Assembly (NCBI GenBank): GCA_963701855.1
Contig: CAVPBK010000015.1
Span: forward strand, 1-64,000
Direction of reading: 5' to 3'
DNA from: Nitrospirota bacterium
GTDB lineage: Bacteria > Nitrospirota > Nitrospiria > Nitrospirales > Nitrospiraceae
Length of the DNA stretch: 64,000 nt
Position numbers and translations under genes: made by a program. The notes beneath the pieces are model-generated. The model did not search any database. It worked only from the letters and a program-made list of their open reading frames with translations, and was not told the DNA's origin. Of the stretch, positions 1 through 9,621 are shown piece by piece (position 1 is the stretch's first letter; every line of letters begins with the position of its first letter).

Positions 1-291
1 GAGTCGCTTATTCTGCATATTGAAGACGCGAGCTTTAACTGCATTGACGATGAGGCGCTTATCGACAATGGCCTGGTCGAGCTGGGCGGTATGAACTTTT
101 GAAAAGAACTCGTCCAACTGAACGGAATCCCACCATCCATCCATGTATGACTCGCCAAGCCCCAACGATCCCTCGGCCAGGACACGACCATAGAGTCCGT
201 CGTTATGCACCAGGATATCTCCCGGCTGGGTGCCGTTGATTTTAATCTGGGCCTTGTCGAGCAATTGTTGAATGACCTGTCTGTGGCTCAT
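1..291 (-). CDS. cfa: Cyclopropane-fatty-acyl-phospholipid synthase, 5' part (runs off window)
   Basis: Manual translation from ATG at 291: MSHRQVIQQLLDKAQIKINGTQPGDILVHNDGLYGRVLAEGSLGLGESYMDGWWD..ARVFNMQ; GSLGLGESYMDGWW is the characteristic Cfa N-terminal motif. Not in the ORF track. Confidence 0.85.
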   Translation of the reverse strand, partial: MSHRQVIQQLLDKAQIKINGTQPGDILVHNDGLYGRVLAEGSLGLGESYMDGWWDSVQLDEFFSKVHTAQLDQAIVDKRLIVNAVKARVFNMQNKRL

Positions 292-340
292 CGGGTTCAG
301 TATCCTTATTGACTTCAATCGGGTCTGTGCTGTGGAGATC

Positions 341-1258
341 TTATGACGGTCCCGGACTATGAGTCGGCGGAATGCGCCCCATGTGGACCCCGCTCTCGAC
401 GGCGATGGTTCTGGCTTTGATCTGTTCGGGAGGCGTTCTAAGATCCCACACGATTCCGAACCAAGACAAGAGCACCAAGATGTAATAGGACAGGTCCACT
501 TCCCACCAAAACCACCCCTGATTGGCAGCCGACTGATAGTGATGGTGATTGTTGTGCCAGCCTTCTCCGCAGCAGAGGACGGCAAGAGTAAAACTATTCT
601 TGCTTCCGTCGTTCGATTTGTACCTGACTCGGCCAAGCATGTGGGTAAGGGAATTGATGAAGAATGTACAATGATACAGCGCGGTCGTCGAAATAAAGAA
701 GCCCCAGATGAGGCCTGGGAAGCCCCAGACGCTATAAATGAGCAGCGCGTAAAAAAGTGGCGGGATCCAGTAGAACCGGTTGAGGAAACAGATTTCAGGA
801 GTTCGACGAAAGTCCCTCACGAGATTCAAATCGGTTCGCATATAATCTGCCGACAGAATCCATCCGACGTGAGAAAACCAAAATCCTCGTTGCAGTGGTG
901 AATGAATATCTTCTTCCTGGTCTGAGTATTTGTGGTGATGTCGGTGGTGAGCCGCCCACCACAACACGCCTTTCTGCGCGGACGTCATCGCGAGGAACGC
1001 CAGGAGAAACTGGAATACCCGGCTGGTCTTGTACGAGCGATGGGAAAAATAACGGTGGTATCCCGCCGTGACGGCAACCATTCTCAGATAATAGCTACCG
1101 ATGGCCAGCATGACCCATTCCCATCGAACCCCGGTCTGAAAGGCCAAGAGGCACATCAGATGGATGCTAAAAAATGGAATGACGTCCCAATACTGAACAA
1201 AGTTTTTCCAGGACCTGCCTGCGAGGGAACCGTCGGTATGATGGACCATTTTGTTCAT
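341..1258 (-). CDS. Membrane fatty-acid (acyl-CoA, delta-9 type) desaturase
   Basis: His boxes HRYFSH, HRHHH, HNNHH, GEGWHNNHH motif, hydrophobic segments. Confidence 0.9.
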   Translation of the reverse strand: MNKMVHHTDGSLAGRSWKNFVQYWDVIPFFSIHLMCLLAFQTGVRWEWVMLAIGSYYLRMVAVTAGYHRYFSHRSYKTSRVFQFLLAFLAMTSAQKGVLWWAAHHRHHHKYSDQEEDIHSPLQRGFWFSHVGWILSADYMRTDLNLVRDFRRTPEICFLNRFYWIPPLFYALLIYSVWGFPGLIWGFFISTTALYHCTFFINSLTHMLGRVRYKSNDGSKNSFTLAVLCCGEGWHNNHHHYQSAANQGWFWWEVDLSYYILVLLSWFGIVWDLRTPPEQIKARTIAVESGVHMGRIPPTHSPGPS

Positions 1259-1399
1259 CCCAAAACCGTTGTGTCTTCAGCCGCGCTACAAGTAGTCATT
1301 TTGAGAGACCTCTCGCTGTAACCGTCCCGCTATAATCACCTACTCAGCACGGCCGCGGCAGCTCATGTCATCACTCGCACCGTTCGGCATAGCGTATTG

Positions 1400-3904
1400 T
1401 CAAGCCTCGCAGCTTTCAGGGTTCTCTAGGGAACACCCGTCGGCGACGGTGTCTTTTTCTTCTCTTTGTGATGGAGCCTGCGTCCATTCTGGATCAACCT
1501 GGGGATGTGGGCCGCTCGGCGCTTCATGAGATGCGGCACCGACCGTCGTCTTAGCGATACGTGTCGTTGGACGGGATCGCAAGTAGTACGTCGTGTTCAG
1601 TCCCCTCTTCCACGCGTAGAAGTACATGTTCGATAGGTGTTCGATGTTTGGGCTTTCGGTGAACAGATTCAACGATTGGCTCTGATCGATGAATGCCCCA
1701 CGATCGGCGGCCATGTCGATCAAGGACCGCATAGGAATCTCCCACGCGGTCCGATAGACGGCGCGGACATCCAATGGTAACTCTTCCAGCGGCTGGACCG
1801 ATCCCTCCGCCAACGCGAGCCGCGCGCGTATGGCAGAGGTCCACAGGCCCCGTATTTTCAACTCGTTCACGAGATATCGGTTCACTTGAATAACATCATC
1901 ACCCGACAAGGTCTCGCATTTGAACAGATTCGAGGTTTGCGGTTCAACACACTCGTAACAACCGGCGATTGACGTGATTGTGGCAGCAGGAGCGATCGCA
2001 ATAAGCAGAGAATTGCGCAGCCCGTGCGTCCGGATATGGAGGCGCAACGCGTTCCACCGCTCCGCCTCTTTTGGTGAGACCCCCCAGGCATCGAACTGTA
2101 GTTCGCCTCTCGCGGCCCGTGTTTCCTCAAACGCAGGGTGCCGGCCTTTCACAATCGCAAGTTCCATCGATGCCGATAGGGCGTGGAAATACAGTTCTTG
2201 CGCAATGCGAACCGAAAGCGCGCGGGCTTCGGGCGCGTCAAAGGGGAGGCGCATCTGGAAGAACATATCCTGTAAGCCCATGAGCCCGAGGCCCACCGGA
2301 CGCCAGCGAAGATTCGACGATCGTGCCGCAGCGAGGGAATAATCATTAAGATCGATGACACGATCGAGCTGGTGTACCGCGCTCCGTACGGTCCGCGCGA
2401 GTTTTTCAAAATCAAGTGCGACCGCCCCGTCAGTGCCTGTTGCCGTGTGGCGTCCGAGATTGATCGAGCCAAGATTGCACACTGCTGTTTCATTTCGCGA
2501 AGTCACCTCGATGATTTCAGTGCTGAGATTCGAGCGATGGACTGTCCGCCCCGGTAATGCGGTTTGGTTACAGGCCCGGTTGGATTTGTCTTTGAACGCC
2601 ATCCAGCCGTTGCCGGTCTGCGCCAGCGTGCGCATCATGCGCCTATAGAGATCGCGGGCCTTGATGGTCTTCGTTCCCAACCCGGCCCTCTCGGCTTGAC
2701 GGTATGCCTGTACGAACGCTCCGCCATAGAGATCGGGCAGCTCCGGCACCGTTTTCGGATCGAAAAGGTTCCACTCCTCGTCCGCCTCCACGCGCCTCAT
2801 GAAGAGGTCAGGGATCCAGTGGGCCGGGTTCAGGTTGTGCGTGCGGCGGGCTTCGTCGCCTGTAATGTCACGCAGTTCGAGAAATTCTTCAATGTCAGCA
2901 TGCCAGGGTTCGATATAGAGGCAGCAGTCGTCTTTCTGTTTCACGCCCTGGTTCACCGCTTCGACCGATGCGTCGAGTGTTTTCAACCATGGGATGATCC
3001 CGCTCGCGTGCCTGTTCGTGCTCTCGATAAATGAAGCCCGCGAGCGCACACGATGGGATGCCAAGCTGATCCCTTCAGAGAATTTCGAGAGCATCGCGAT
3101 ATCTGTGCAGCGCTGGTAAATATGTTCGATCTGGTCTTCGGGAGGGTCCAGGAGAAAACAGTTCGACAGTTGCTCATGTTGCGTGCCTGCGTTGAAGAGG
3201 ATCGACGAACTCGGGAGATATTCGAGAGACGAGAATGAGCGATACAGGTCGAGCGCATCCGTGACGGTCTCGGCGAGGGCGCAGGCGATACGTAGAAAGA
3301 ACTGCTGCGGTGTCTCGATGACCTGCAGAGTCGCGGGATGCTTCAGCAGATATTGGTCATAGATGGTTCTGAGACCGGAGTATTCAAACTCCTGGTCACG
3401 CGTGGAATCGAGCGCATCGTTCAACGTGCGGCTGTTTTGCGAGACGAACTCCTGCAAACGGTCGTTTAGCAGACCAAGCTGATGCCCTGCCGCAATCGAC
3501 TGGGAGAACGCGTGGATCTCCTGATTTCGAACCTCTTTGTCGATATAGATCGCGAGTAGGCGGGCTGCGAGCTTCGCATACTGTGGTTCTTCCGCAATAA
3601 GCGCGGTAGCCGTCTGAATGGAAAGCCGGCCGAGTTCGCGCGTCGTCGCCCCGTCGTAGAGGCCATTGAGTGTCTTGGTCGCGATTCGGAGTGGATCGAT
3701 ATCGGAGAGACCTGCGCAACAACGATCGACGGTACGCATGATCTTGGTGATATCGACCGGTTCCGTGACGCCGTTTCGCTTTCTCACTCGCATGGTTCGC
3801 TGCGGACAGGTGTCGTGGGTCGGGATATTCGGGATATCATGAGGCGGGGCGACTTTTGGCGTGGCAACAGGACTGGCCATTTTCTCGACAGGTTCACAGG
3901 GCAT
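1400..3904 (-). CDS. nrdA: Class Ia ribonucleotide reductase alpha subunit, degenerate (catalytic Cys to Ser, C-terminal CxxC cut)
   Basis: N-terminal ATP cone (VRKRNG), ETPQ, EPWHADIEEFL, AVCNLGSINL, DQSQSLN, TTYYLR; SNLSTEI in place of SNLCTEI. Confidence 0.9.
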   Translation of the reverse strand: MPCEPVEKMASPVATPKVAPPHDIPNIPTHDTCPQRTMRVRKRNGVTEPVDITKIMRTVDRCCAGLSDIDPLRIATKTLNGLYDGATTRELGRLSIQTATALIAEEPQYAKLAARLLAIYIDKEVRNQEIHAFSQSIAAGHQLGLLNDRLQEFVSQNSRTLNDALDSTRDQEFEYSGLRTIYDQYLLKHPATLQVIETPQQFFLRIACALAETVTDALDLYRSFSSLEYLPSSSILFNAGTQHEQLSNCFLLDPPEDQIEHIYQRCTDIAMLSKFSEGISLASHRVRSRASFIESTNRHASGIIPWLKTLDASVEAVNQGVKQKDDCCLYIEPWHADIEEFLELRDITGDEARRTHNLNPAHWIPDLFMRRVEADEEWNLFDPKTVPELPDLYGGAFVQAYRQAERAGLGTKTIKARDLYRRMMRTLAQTGNGWMAFKDKSNRACNQTALPGRTVHRSNLSTEIIEVTSRNETAVCNLGSINLGRHTATGTDGAVALDFEKLARTVRSAVHQLDRVIDLNDYSLAAARSSNLRWRPVGLGLMGLQDMFFQMRLPFDAPEARALSVRIAQELYFHALSASMELAIVKGRHPAFEETRAARGELQFDAWGVSPKEAERWNALRLHIRTHGLRNSLLIAIAPAATITSIAGCYECVEPQTSNLFKCETLSGDDVIQVNRYLVNELKIRGLWTSAIRARLALAEGSVQPLEELPLDVRAVYRTAWEIPMRSLIDMAADRGAFIDQSQSLNLFTESPNIEHLSNMYFYAWKRGLNTTYYLRSRPTTRIAKTTVGAASHEAPSGPHPQVDPEWTQAPSQREEKDTVADGCSLENPESCEA

Positions 3905-4169
3905 ACACAGGCTCCTCCTTCAACGGGTTAGGCAAAAGGGATTACCCTTCGCGTAGCGCCGCGAGGAAAAGATAACAGTCGAAACGCGCGTGAATTCGCA
4001 AGTGTATCTCGAATCGACCTCCACCCCACGGATGCCATCACAACCATGTGAGAGGATTGGTCGTGAACGAGAACGGAGAGAGGGGACTGAATCCGAACCA
4101 GCTCAGACCTACTGACCTCCCTCGAGGCTTCCAGGTCGAACCGGCCCAGGTTGTCTCTCCCATGCCGGA

Positions 4170-4350
4170 TGCTGGCAGGTCTTCGGGCTCGCGAGCACTT
4201 CGGCTTTCGCCGCGTTTCTACTATCCACTGCTTTCCAGCTCCAAAGAGCCAGTGCGTGTCGTGGATTCGTTCTCGCTTACCGCTGCGGGGCAGTCCCGGA
4301 GTCGCACCGGGTTCCCTCTTACTCTCTGAGAATACTCAGAGAACCAGCAC
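4170..4350 (-). ncRNA. Cobalamin (B12) riboswitch upstream of nrdA
   Basis: Minus strand reads AAGAGGGAACCCGGTGCGACTCCGGGACTGCCCCGCAGCGGT...CACTG..GGAAAG...GAGCCCGAAGACCTGCC (B12 box). Confidence 0.92.
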
Positions 4351-4357
4351 GGGTCGC

Positions 4358-4386
4358 AGTCTATTGTGGCACCCGATATTTGTCAA
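4358..4386 (-). promoter_or_regulatory. Sigma70-type promoter for the riboswitch-nrdA transcript
   Basis: TTGACA-17 nt-TAGACT on the minus strand immediately before the riboswitch. Confidence 0.75.
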
Positions 4387-4646
4387 CAGCAATGGTGCGG
4401 GTCGCGGCACGATACGGCTCCATCAGCACGATGTCGCATGCTGAAGAACGAAAGTCGTTCCCTATCGTTGCCTGGGTTCTATTTCCCAGGCCCAGCCCAA
4501 CACTTGACCCATTACGGTAGGTGATGCCAGGAGATGGGACAGACTGAAGGCGGGCACTTGGAACGTGAAGTGTGGAGTGGCGATCCGGATTGAACGGACT
4601 ACCTGCGGTTTGCGAAGGCTGATCACATTCGCCCGTGCGACGAATC

Positions 4647-5030
4647 TTATCGATTCCGAGACGCCCCACGGGCCTGTATTCGCCAGAGCCGCCAATAGAC
4701 GGCGGCATTGAAAGCGACTACCACTGTGCCCAACAGCAACTGAAGGTTCCGCGTCAGGTTCCCAGGGTAGAGCACCGGCAGCAGATACTGTGAGATGAAG
4801 TCGGAACGATAGACAGTCTCGCCACCCTGCTCGCGCAACCAATTCTCCAGTGGCGTGAGCGGGCAGATCCGGCCGGTGAATTCGACGACCGCGCCCCAGG
4901 CAACAGCAGGCAGGTGGAGCCATGCGATCCACCGCCACCTCAGCACCAGTAGTCCTCCGCATAGGACGAAAACCACGAAAGCTAGGTGAACAATGAGAAC
5001 CAAATCGGCCAGGAGTAGGTACATCAGCAC
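4647..5030 (-). CDS. DUF2784-family membrane protein
   Basis: HLAFVVFV..WLHLP..CPLTPLENWLR..FI..YLLP.LYP pattern. Confidence 0.8.
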   Translation of the reverse strand: MLMYLLLADLVLIVHLAFVVFVLCGGLLVLRWRWIAWLHLPAVAWGAVVEFTGRICPLTPLENWLREQGGETVYRSDFISQYLLPVLYPGNLTRNLQLLLGTVVVAFNAAVYWRLWRIQARGASRNR

Positions 5031-5036
5031 ACGCAG

Positions 5037-5600
5037 TTAGAACAACGATGGAGAGTCAGTCGGTTTTGGATAGGTCAGCGTGCCCTTCTCGAAATGGGCA
5101 AATGATGTGAGGATGTGTTGGGTAGCTTTCCCGGGAGACATGATATGCCCGACCTCCCAGCCTCGGACGACCAACGCATCGGCGATCAGCGAGCGATGGC
5201 ACCGCCACGGCACAGCCTCGGCGCACATGATCGCCGTCTTCATGCCCGTGCCATACGCCATAAGTTCTTCAATGGCGCTTTGAAATTCCTCCGTCTGCAT
5301 ATAGTCGGCGTAGCCGCGAAAACCGGCGTTTCTCCATCCCTTGTTGATCGAATCCGTTCGAGCCTTTCGAAGACCCCCAAGTGCCGGCATGTGGAGAGAA
5401 ACGAGACCGGCTTCTTTCAGACTCTTGGCCAACCTGTCCGTATTGAATTGCGGATTGTGTCGTGAGCGTGGAATCGTTCGAACGTCCACGAGGAGGTGGA
5501 TATCATGCGCACGCAAGAAATCGGTGAACTCATCAATCGGTCTGGTCGAATGGCCGACGGTCCAGATTGCCGGTTGTCGAGGCATGGAGCAGTGTGGCAT
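5037..5600 (-). CDS. DUF488-family protein
   Basis: WTVGHSTR, LVDVRTIPRSR.NPQFN, LGGLR, MCAEAVPWRCHRSLIAD motifs. Confidence 0.85.
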   Translation of the reverse strand: MPHCSMPRQPAIWTVGHSTRPIDEFTDFLRAHDIHLLVDVRTIPRSRHNPQFNTDRLAKSLKEAGLVSLHMPALGGLRKARTDSINKGWRNAGFRGYADYMQTEEFQSAIEELMAYGTGMKTAIMCAEAVPWRCHRSLIADALVVRGWEVGHIMSPGKATQHILTSFAHFEKGTLTYPKPTDSPSLF

Positions 5601-5635
5601 AGCGAGCGGGGAATCGCTACGGAAGGATAGCCGAC

Positions 5636-5806
5636 ATTATTCATGACGGTTCGTCGCGAAATCGCTGAGCCACGTCGCGAGCCCGGAGGATCTAAGGCGT
5701 ACTCGTGCAGTACGTTGAGGGTCCGAGGAGCAAGCCCGCCGGCCGAAGGCTCGTCGTAGTAGCGGATCGGCGATTGGAGCGGACGCGCTCATGAGTATTG
5801 TGGGTA
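5636..5806. repeat. MITE-like intergenic element, family C, copy 1
   Basis: Ends CATTATTCATGA...TCATGAGTATTG; CATTATTCATGACGGTTCGTCGCGAAATC and GGATCGGCGATTG recur at 59339-59455. Confidence 0.7.
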
Positions 5807-5816
5807 AGGGAGAGGA

Positions 5817-6359
5817 TCAATCTGGCGGTAATTTTTCGGGATCGATTTCGAGCAGCCGCATCCGGCCGTTGGCAATGTGCTCGGTCTTGTAGAGGTGAAC
5901 ACCCAGTTGCATGGTCCCCACAAGGAGATTACCGCTGGCGACAAAGGTAAAGTCCCCCTGCGAAGGTGGCTTAAAGGCACCACGGATGATGGCGCTATCG
6001 TTGCTGCGGGAGACCGTCGACATGATATCCAACTCGGGGCTGGCGCCATCAAAGAGCTCAATGACGATCCTGGGATGGGGTCTGGCCCCGGCATCCTTCA
6101 ATACTTGAAGCAATGGGAGATCGAGGGCGATTTCCCGATCACGGAGCACCCACGGTCTTCGCGGCGTCGGCGGCTGATCGGCGGCAGGAGGAGTCAGGAT
6201 TGTCTGCCACAGGCTCTGTGGCATCGGGTGCTCATCGGCCCACACAGGAAAAGAGCACACACAACCGAGTAGTCCGACAAGAAGCAGGCGGCGAAATGGC
6301 ACGCGGTCTGGCCTGTGCCACGCGAAAACCATCAGAGGTTGCTGGCCTCCTGAGCCCAT
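5817..6359 (-). CDS. Hypothetical secreted protein
   Basis: Signal-peptide-like segment (LLLVGLLGCVCSFPVWA); co-oriented and overlapping with the upstream gene; start uncertain. Confidence 0.55.
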   Translation of the reverse strand: MGSGGQQPLMVFAWHRPDRVPFRRLLLVGLLGCVCSFPVWADEHPMPQSLWQTILTPPAADQPPTPRRPWVLRDREIALDLPLLQVLKDAGARPHPRIVIELFDGASPELDIMSTVSRSNDSAIIRGAFKPPSQGDFTFVASGNLLVGTMQLGVHLYKTEHIANGRMRLLEIDPEKLPPD

Positions 6360-6643
6360 ATCGTCAGGTCTTCCGCATCCTCCAGGACATTCACCGGGAC
6401 TTCGTAATAGTTCTTGAGGGTTTGTTTGGCGTTGGGTCTGAATGGTTTCATTTTACGCTCGCGATATTGTGTCGCTGTGGTCGCATTCGTCTTGAAATAC
6501 AGGCGGCCCTTCTGGACGATTCCGAAGAACACCCTATCACGGTACAGCCCATATCCGCCGAACATGGCTCGGCACGTCACGCCCTGCAGGCCACTGAGTT
6601 GATCTAGCACGAAGTCCTTGAATCCGGTGTGCGTTGGCGCCAC
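6332..6643 (-). CDS. TfoX/Sxy N-terminal domain protein
   Basis: RAMFGGYGLY..FFG....LYFK..PF..YYEVP motif; probable GTG start at 6643, inside the longer ORF-track frame. Confidence 0.8.
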   Translation of the reverse strand: MAPTHTGFKDFVLDQLSGLQGVTCRAMFGGYGLYRDRVFFGIVQKGRLYFKTNATTATQYRERKMKPFRPNAKQTLKNYYEVPVNVLEDAEDLTIWAQEASNL

Positions 6644-6650
6644 GGGAATC

Positions 6651-7507
6651 TCACAGAGGATTGCGCGCCGCGACCATTCGGACGGCGATGGGGAGGGCAA
6701 TGTTCCTGCTTCGCTGAAACTGATCGACCGCTCGGGTGATGAGTTGCTCTGCCTGACGCTGCTGATCGGCGGAGAGTTTCGCAAATAGGTTTTGAATCGG
6801 TGCGGCGATGTCCATAAGGCTTGCGATGTATTCCAATGCCGATGAAAATCGTACGTCGGTAATGAACTCCTGGTCGCATACGTCAGCGAATCCTGCATGG
6901 TGTAGCATCTCTGCAAGATCACCAGGATTAGCCAGGCGAAAAATACCTGGGGTACTGGGGTCCGGTGGTGGCAGTTCGATTAGCTGCTTAATCGCGTCCA
7001 TCGGAATTCGGAGGTACGGGTTTTTTCCGGTGTCGACCACACAGCCGCTGCTACCCAACCGCCTGGTTTGAGCATACGGGCGATTTCAATGATTGCACTG
7101 GGAATTTCTGGCAGGAACATCAAACAAAATCGACTGGTCACTGCGTCGAAGGAAGCAGCCTCAAACGGCAACGTGGTCACGTCGCCGGTGTGGAAAGTCG
7201 TGTTCGTCAAACCCAGCGCTGTAGCTTTGCGTCGCGCGACGTCGAGCATCTGCTCGGCAAGGTCAATTCCAATAACACTCCCACTTGGTCCAACGGTTTG
7301 TGCGGCGAGCAGGGCGGGATAGCCGGTGCCCGAACCGAGATCGAGCACGCGCATGCCGGCTCGTAGTCGCGCATCGGCCACGAGCCGGTGATTAAGAAAT
7401 GCCATCTGCTCGTCGAAAAACCGATCCCACTTCTCCCAGCCACCGGCGACCCGGTTCCAGTCCTGCCGTTGGCTTTCGATGACTTGTTGTGCGGTTGGCT
7501 GCGCCAT
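6651..7507 (-). pseudogene. Class I SAM-dependent methyltransferase, frameshifted in an A6 run at about 7021-7026
   Basis: VLDLGSGTG motif I in frame 6980-7540; C-terminal half (KNPYLRIP..PGIFRLA) in frame 6651-7058; adding one A restores WSTPEKNPY. Confidence 0.8.
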
Positions 7508-7545
7508 ACTGCTCCTTCCCGTGGGGGTGTTATACCTCAAGCGCG

Positions 7546-7806
7546 TTATCCGCCGCTGAGGGCGCAGACGATATAGATCCGATCCTCTCGCTGAAGTGGT
7601 GCGTTCAGGTGCGGTGCCTGTTTTTCATTCACAAAGATTCTGATGTGCGGTCTGATCGTATCCTGCTCCGTGATGATTCGAAACCGTATGCCGGGGAAAC
7701 ATCGATCCAAGCCTGCCAGTGCCTCAGCGAGCGTGGCGCCCCCCACCTGCACCTCACTCTGCTGTGCCGTGTAGGACCGCAAGGCGCTGGGGATGTGCGC
7801 CGTCAT
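7546..7806 (-). CDS. MoaD/ThiS-family ubiquitin-like protein
   Basis: 86 aa, IP.ALR..T, FPG.RFRI, IFVN, C-terminal ALSGG. Confidence 0.85.
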   Translation of the reverse strand: MTAHIPSALRSYTAQQSEVQVGGATLAEALAGLDRCFPGIRFRIITEQDTIRPHIRIFVNEKQAPHLNAPLQREDRIYIVCALSGG

Positions 7807-8984
7807 CGTCCGAGTGCGGCCGCTTCTATCGAATAGATTTCAGGTAGATGCCTGGCGATGCAGGTCCAGGCCGCTCCCTCATTTCGGCTTGCCCAGATCT
7901 CGCCTTGCGTCATACCCAAGTACAGTCCCACTGGCTCATGCGCATCCGCGGTCATCGCGTGCCGCTTCACGGTCCACCAAGCATCTGTTCGTGGAAAGCC
8001 TTTATCCTGTCTTGCCCAGGTCTTACCGCCGTCGCGTGTGACGTAGGCTGCAGGTTTACCTCCAGGACTCACGCGTGGCCACACCGTCGAGCCGTCCATT
8101 GGGAATACCCAGGCCGTATTGGCATTGCGCGGGTGGACGACCATTGGGAAACCGATATCGCCGACTTTCTTCGGCATATGTTTGCCAATGCGCACCCATT
8201 CGTTCGATGGCCTGTCCATCCGGTAAATCCCGCAGTGGTTCTGTTGGTACAAACGGTCCGGATTGGTCGGACAGAGCCGGACACAATGGGGATCGTGGAA
8301 AGCGACGTTAGCGGCGTTGAATCCTTCGACCACCTCCAGACCTCGCACGATGGGCGTCCAGAGTTGGCCGCCGTCGACTGATTCGTGCACGCCGCCGCCC
8401 GACATGGCGAAGTACAGGTGCTTGGCATCCCGCGGATCGACGAGGATCGAATGCAGCTTCGGTCCGTCCGGTGTGCCGTCCTGCACGCTGCCCATCCACT
8501 CACGGTACTGCGGATCGTCGTTGACATACGAAAATGGCTCCCATGTGACGCCGCCGTCATTGGAGCGGAAGAGTCCCTGTGGCGAGGTGCCGGCATACCA
8601 CAGTCTCGGTTCACTGGGATGTCCAGGCGTGAGCCAGAACACGTGATCCACCACCCGCCCGTTCTGGCCCTCCGGCGCTTTGGGAAAGGCCGGCGGAGAC
8701 TTCGCCTCCTTCCACGTCTTGCCGAAGTCCGTGGACCGGAACACCGTCGGCCCCAGATGCCCCGTGCGTGCGGCTATGAGCATCGTGCGCCGGTCGCGTG
8801 GGTCCAGCACCACATGATGCACGATGTGCCCCAGGAACATTGGCGAGGACAGCTTCCATGTGTGGCGCGTGCGATCGCCACGCAAAATGAACGCTCCCTT
8901 GCGTGTGCCGATCAGTAGCGCCACGGAGCCGGTGGTACGTTGTGGTGAAGTCGCCTTCTTCGATCGCGGCATCGGAGCCCTCAC
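7803..8984 (-). CDS. BNR/Asp-box repeat beta-propeller protein (sialidase-like)
   Basis: Repeated S-x-D-x-G-x-T-W boxes (STDFGKTW, SNDGGVTW, TRDGGKTW, SRNEGAAW), YQQNHCG. Confidence 0.85.
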   Translation of the reverse strand: MRAPMPRSKKATSPQRTTGSVALLIGTRKGAFILRGDRTRHTWKLSSPMFLGHIVHHVVLDPRDRRTMLIAARTGHLGPTVFRSTDFGKTWKEAKSPPAFPKAPEGQNGRVVDHVFWLTPGHPSEPRLWYAGTSPQGLFRSNDGGVTWEPFSYVNDDPQYREWMGSVQDGTPDGPKLHSILVDPRDAKHLYFAMSGGGVHESVDGGQLWTPIVRGLEVVEGFNAANVAFHDPHCVRLCPTNPDRLYQQNHCGIYRMDRPSNEWVRIGKHMPKKVGDIGFPMVVHPRNANTAWVFPMDGSTVWPRVSPGGKPAAYVTRDGGKTWARQDKGFPRTDAWWTVKRHAMTADAHEPVGLYLGMTQGEIWASRNEGAAWTCIARHLPEIYSIEAAALGR

Positions 8985-8994
8985 TTGTAAGAGG

Positions 8995-9429
8995 TTACTT
9001 GATCGTCTGCAATGTCTCGCGCAGTTCCTTCAATTCGGCGCTCAAGAGATCAAGATGCAAGTCGCGATGAGGCTGGTCGCCCTTAAATTTCCAGAGCCGC
9101 TTGAAGATGGCCGTCAATTCCTTCTTATGCGTCACGGCCAAGTCGTAAGCCGGCGTCTTGGCCTGCGCGCCCGTCACATCGCAGAACGCATCATTGAGCG
9201 CATGAAACTGATTGTGCAGGTCGTCGAAGGCTGTGTCGACACCTTTTCCGCCTTTGGCCTTGCTCGCCGACGCTTCCATCATGTTCGTCAGGTTGATCAT
9301 GGTCTCAACCCCGCTCGCGCCTTTCGCTTGCATCGCATAGTCGCCCGCTCGGGGGTAGAACAAATAGCTACAGCCGCTGAGGCCGATCAGCAGCATTGAG
9401 AGAGCGAACAATCCAATCAATCGTTGCAT
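8995..9429 (-). CDS. Hypothetical lipoprotein
   Basis: Lipobox LSGC after a hydrophobic leader; helical body; RBS GGAGG. Confidence 0.7.
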   Translation of the reverse strand: MQRLIGLFALSMLLIGLSGCSYLFYPRAGDYAMQAKGASGVETMINLTNMMEASASKAKGGKGVDTAFDDLHNQFHALNDAFCDVTGAQAKTPAYDLAVTHKKELTAIFKRLWKFKGDQPHRDLHLDLLSAELKELRETLQTIK

Positions 9430-9621
9430 GGGGACCTCCCTGTCATCGTGAATGCCGAGTCGAGATAGATATTGAATTGTTCACTCGCAGTCATGGTGAA
9501 CGATATGTTCTGATGGATCATGTTCACCATGGCGAACTCGCTCCTGATCAGACAGACAACGAGAGGTTTCCTTGTGTGCTGATGCCCACACGGGGAAGCC
9601 TCTCCTGCGTCAGGATTTTTC

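Noticed and set aside
1385..1402. TGA at the last Cys position of NrdA (CEA-TGA-CAA) as selenocysteine
   Set aside because: No convincing SECIS hairpin after the TGA and no stop right after the Gln; the many other active-site lesions favour a nonsense change
4355..4385. NrdR box upstream of nrdA
   Set aside because: Only a weak partial match, and the sequence is adequately explained as the -35/-10 promoter
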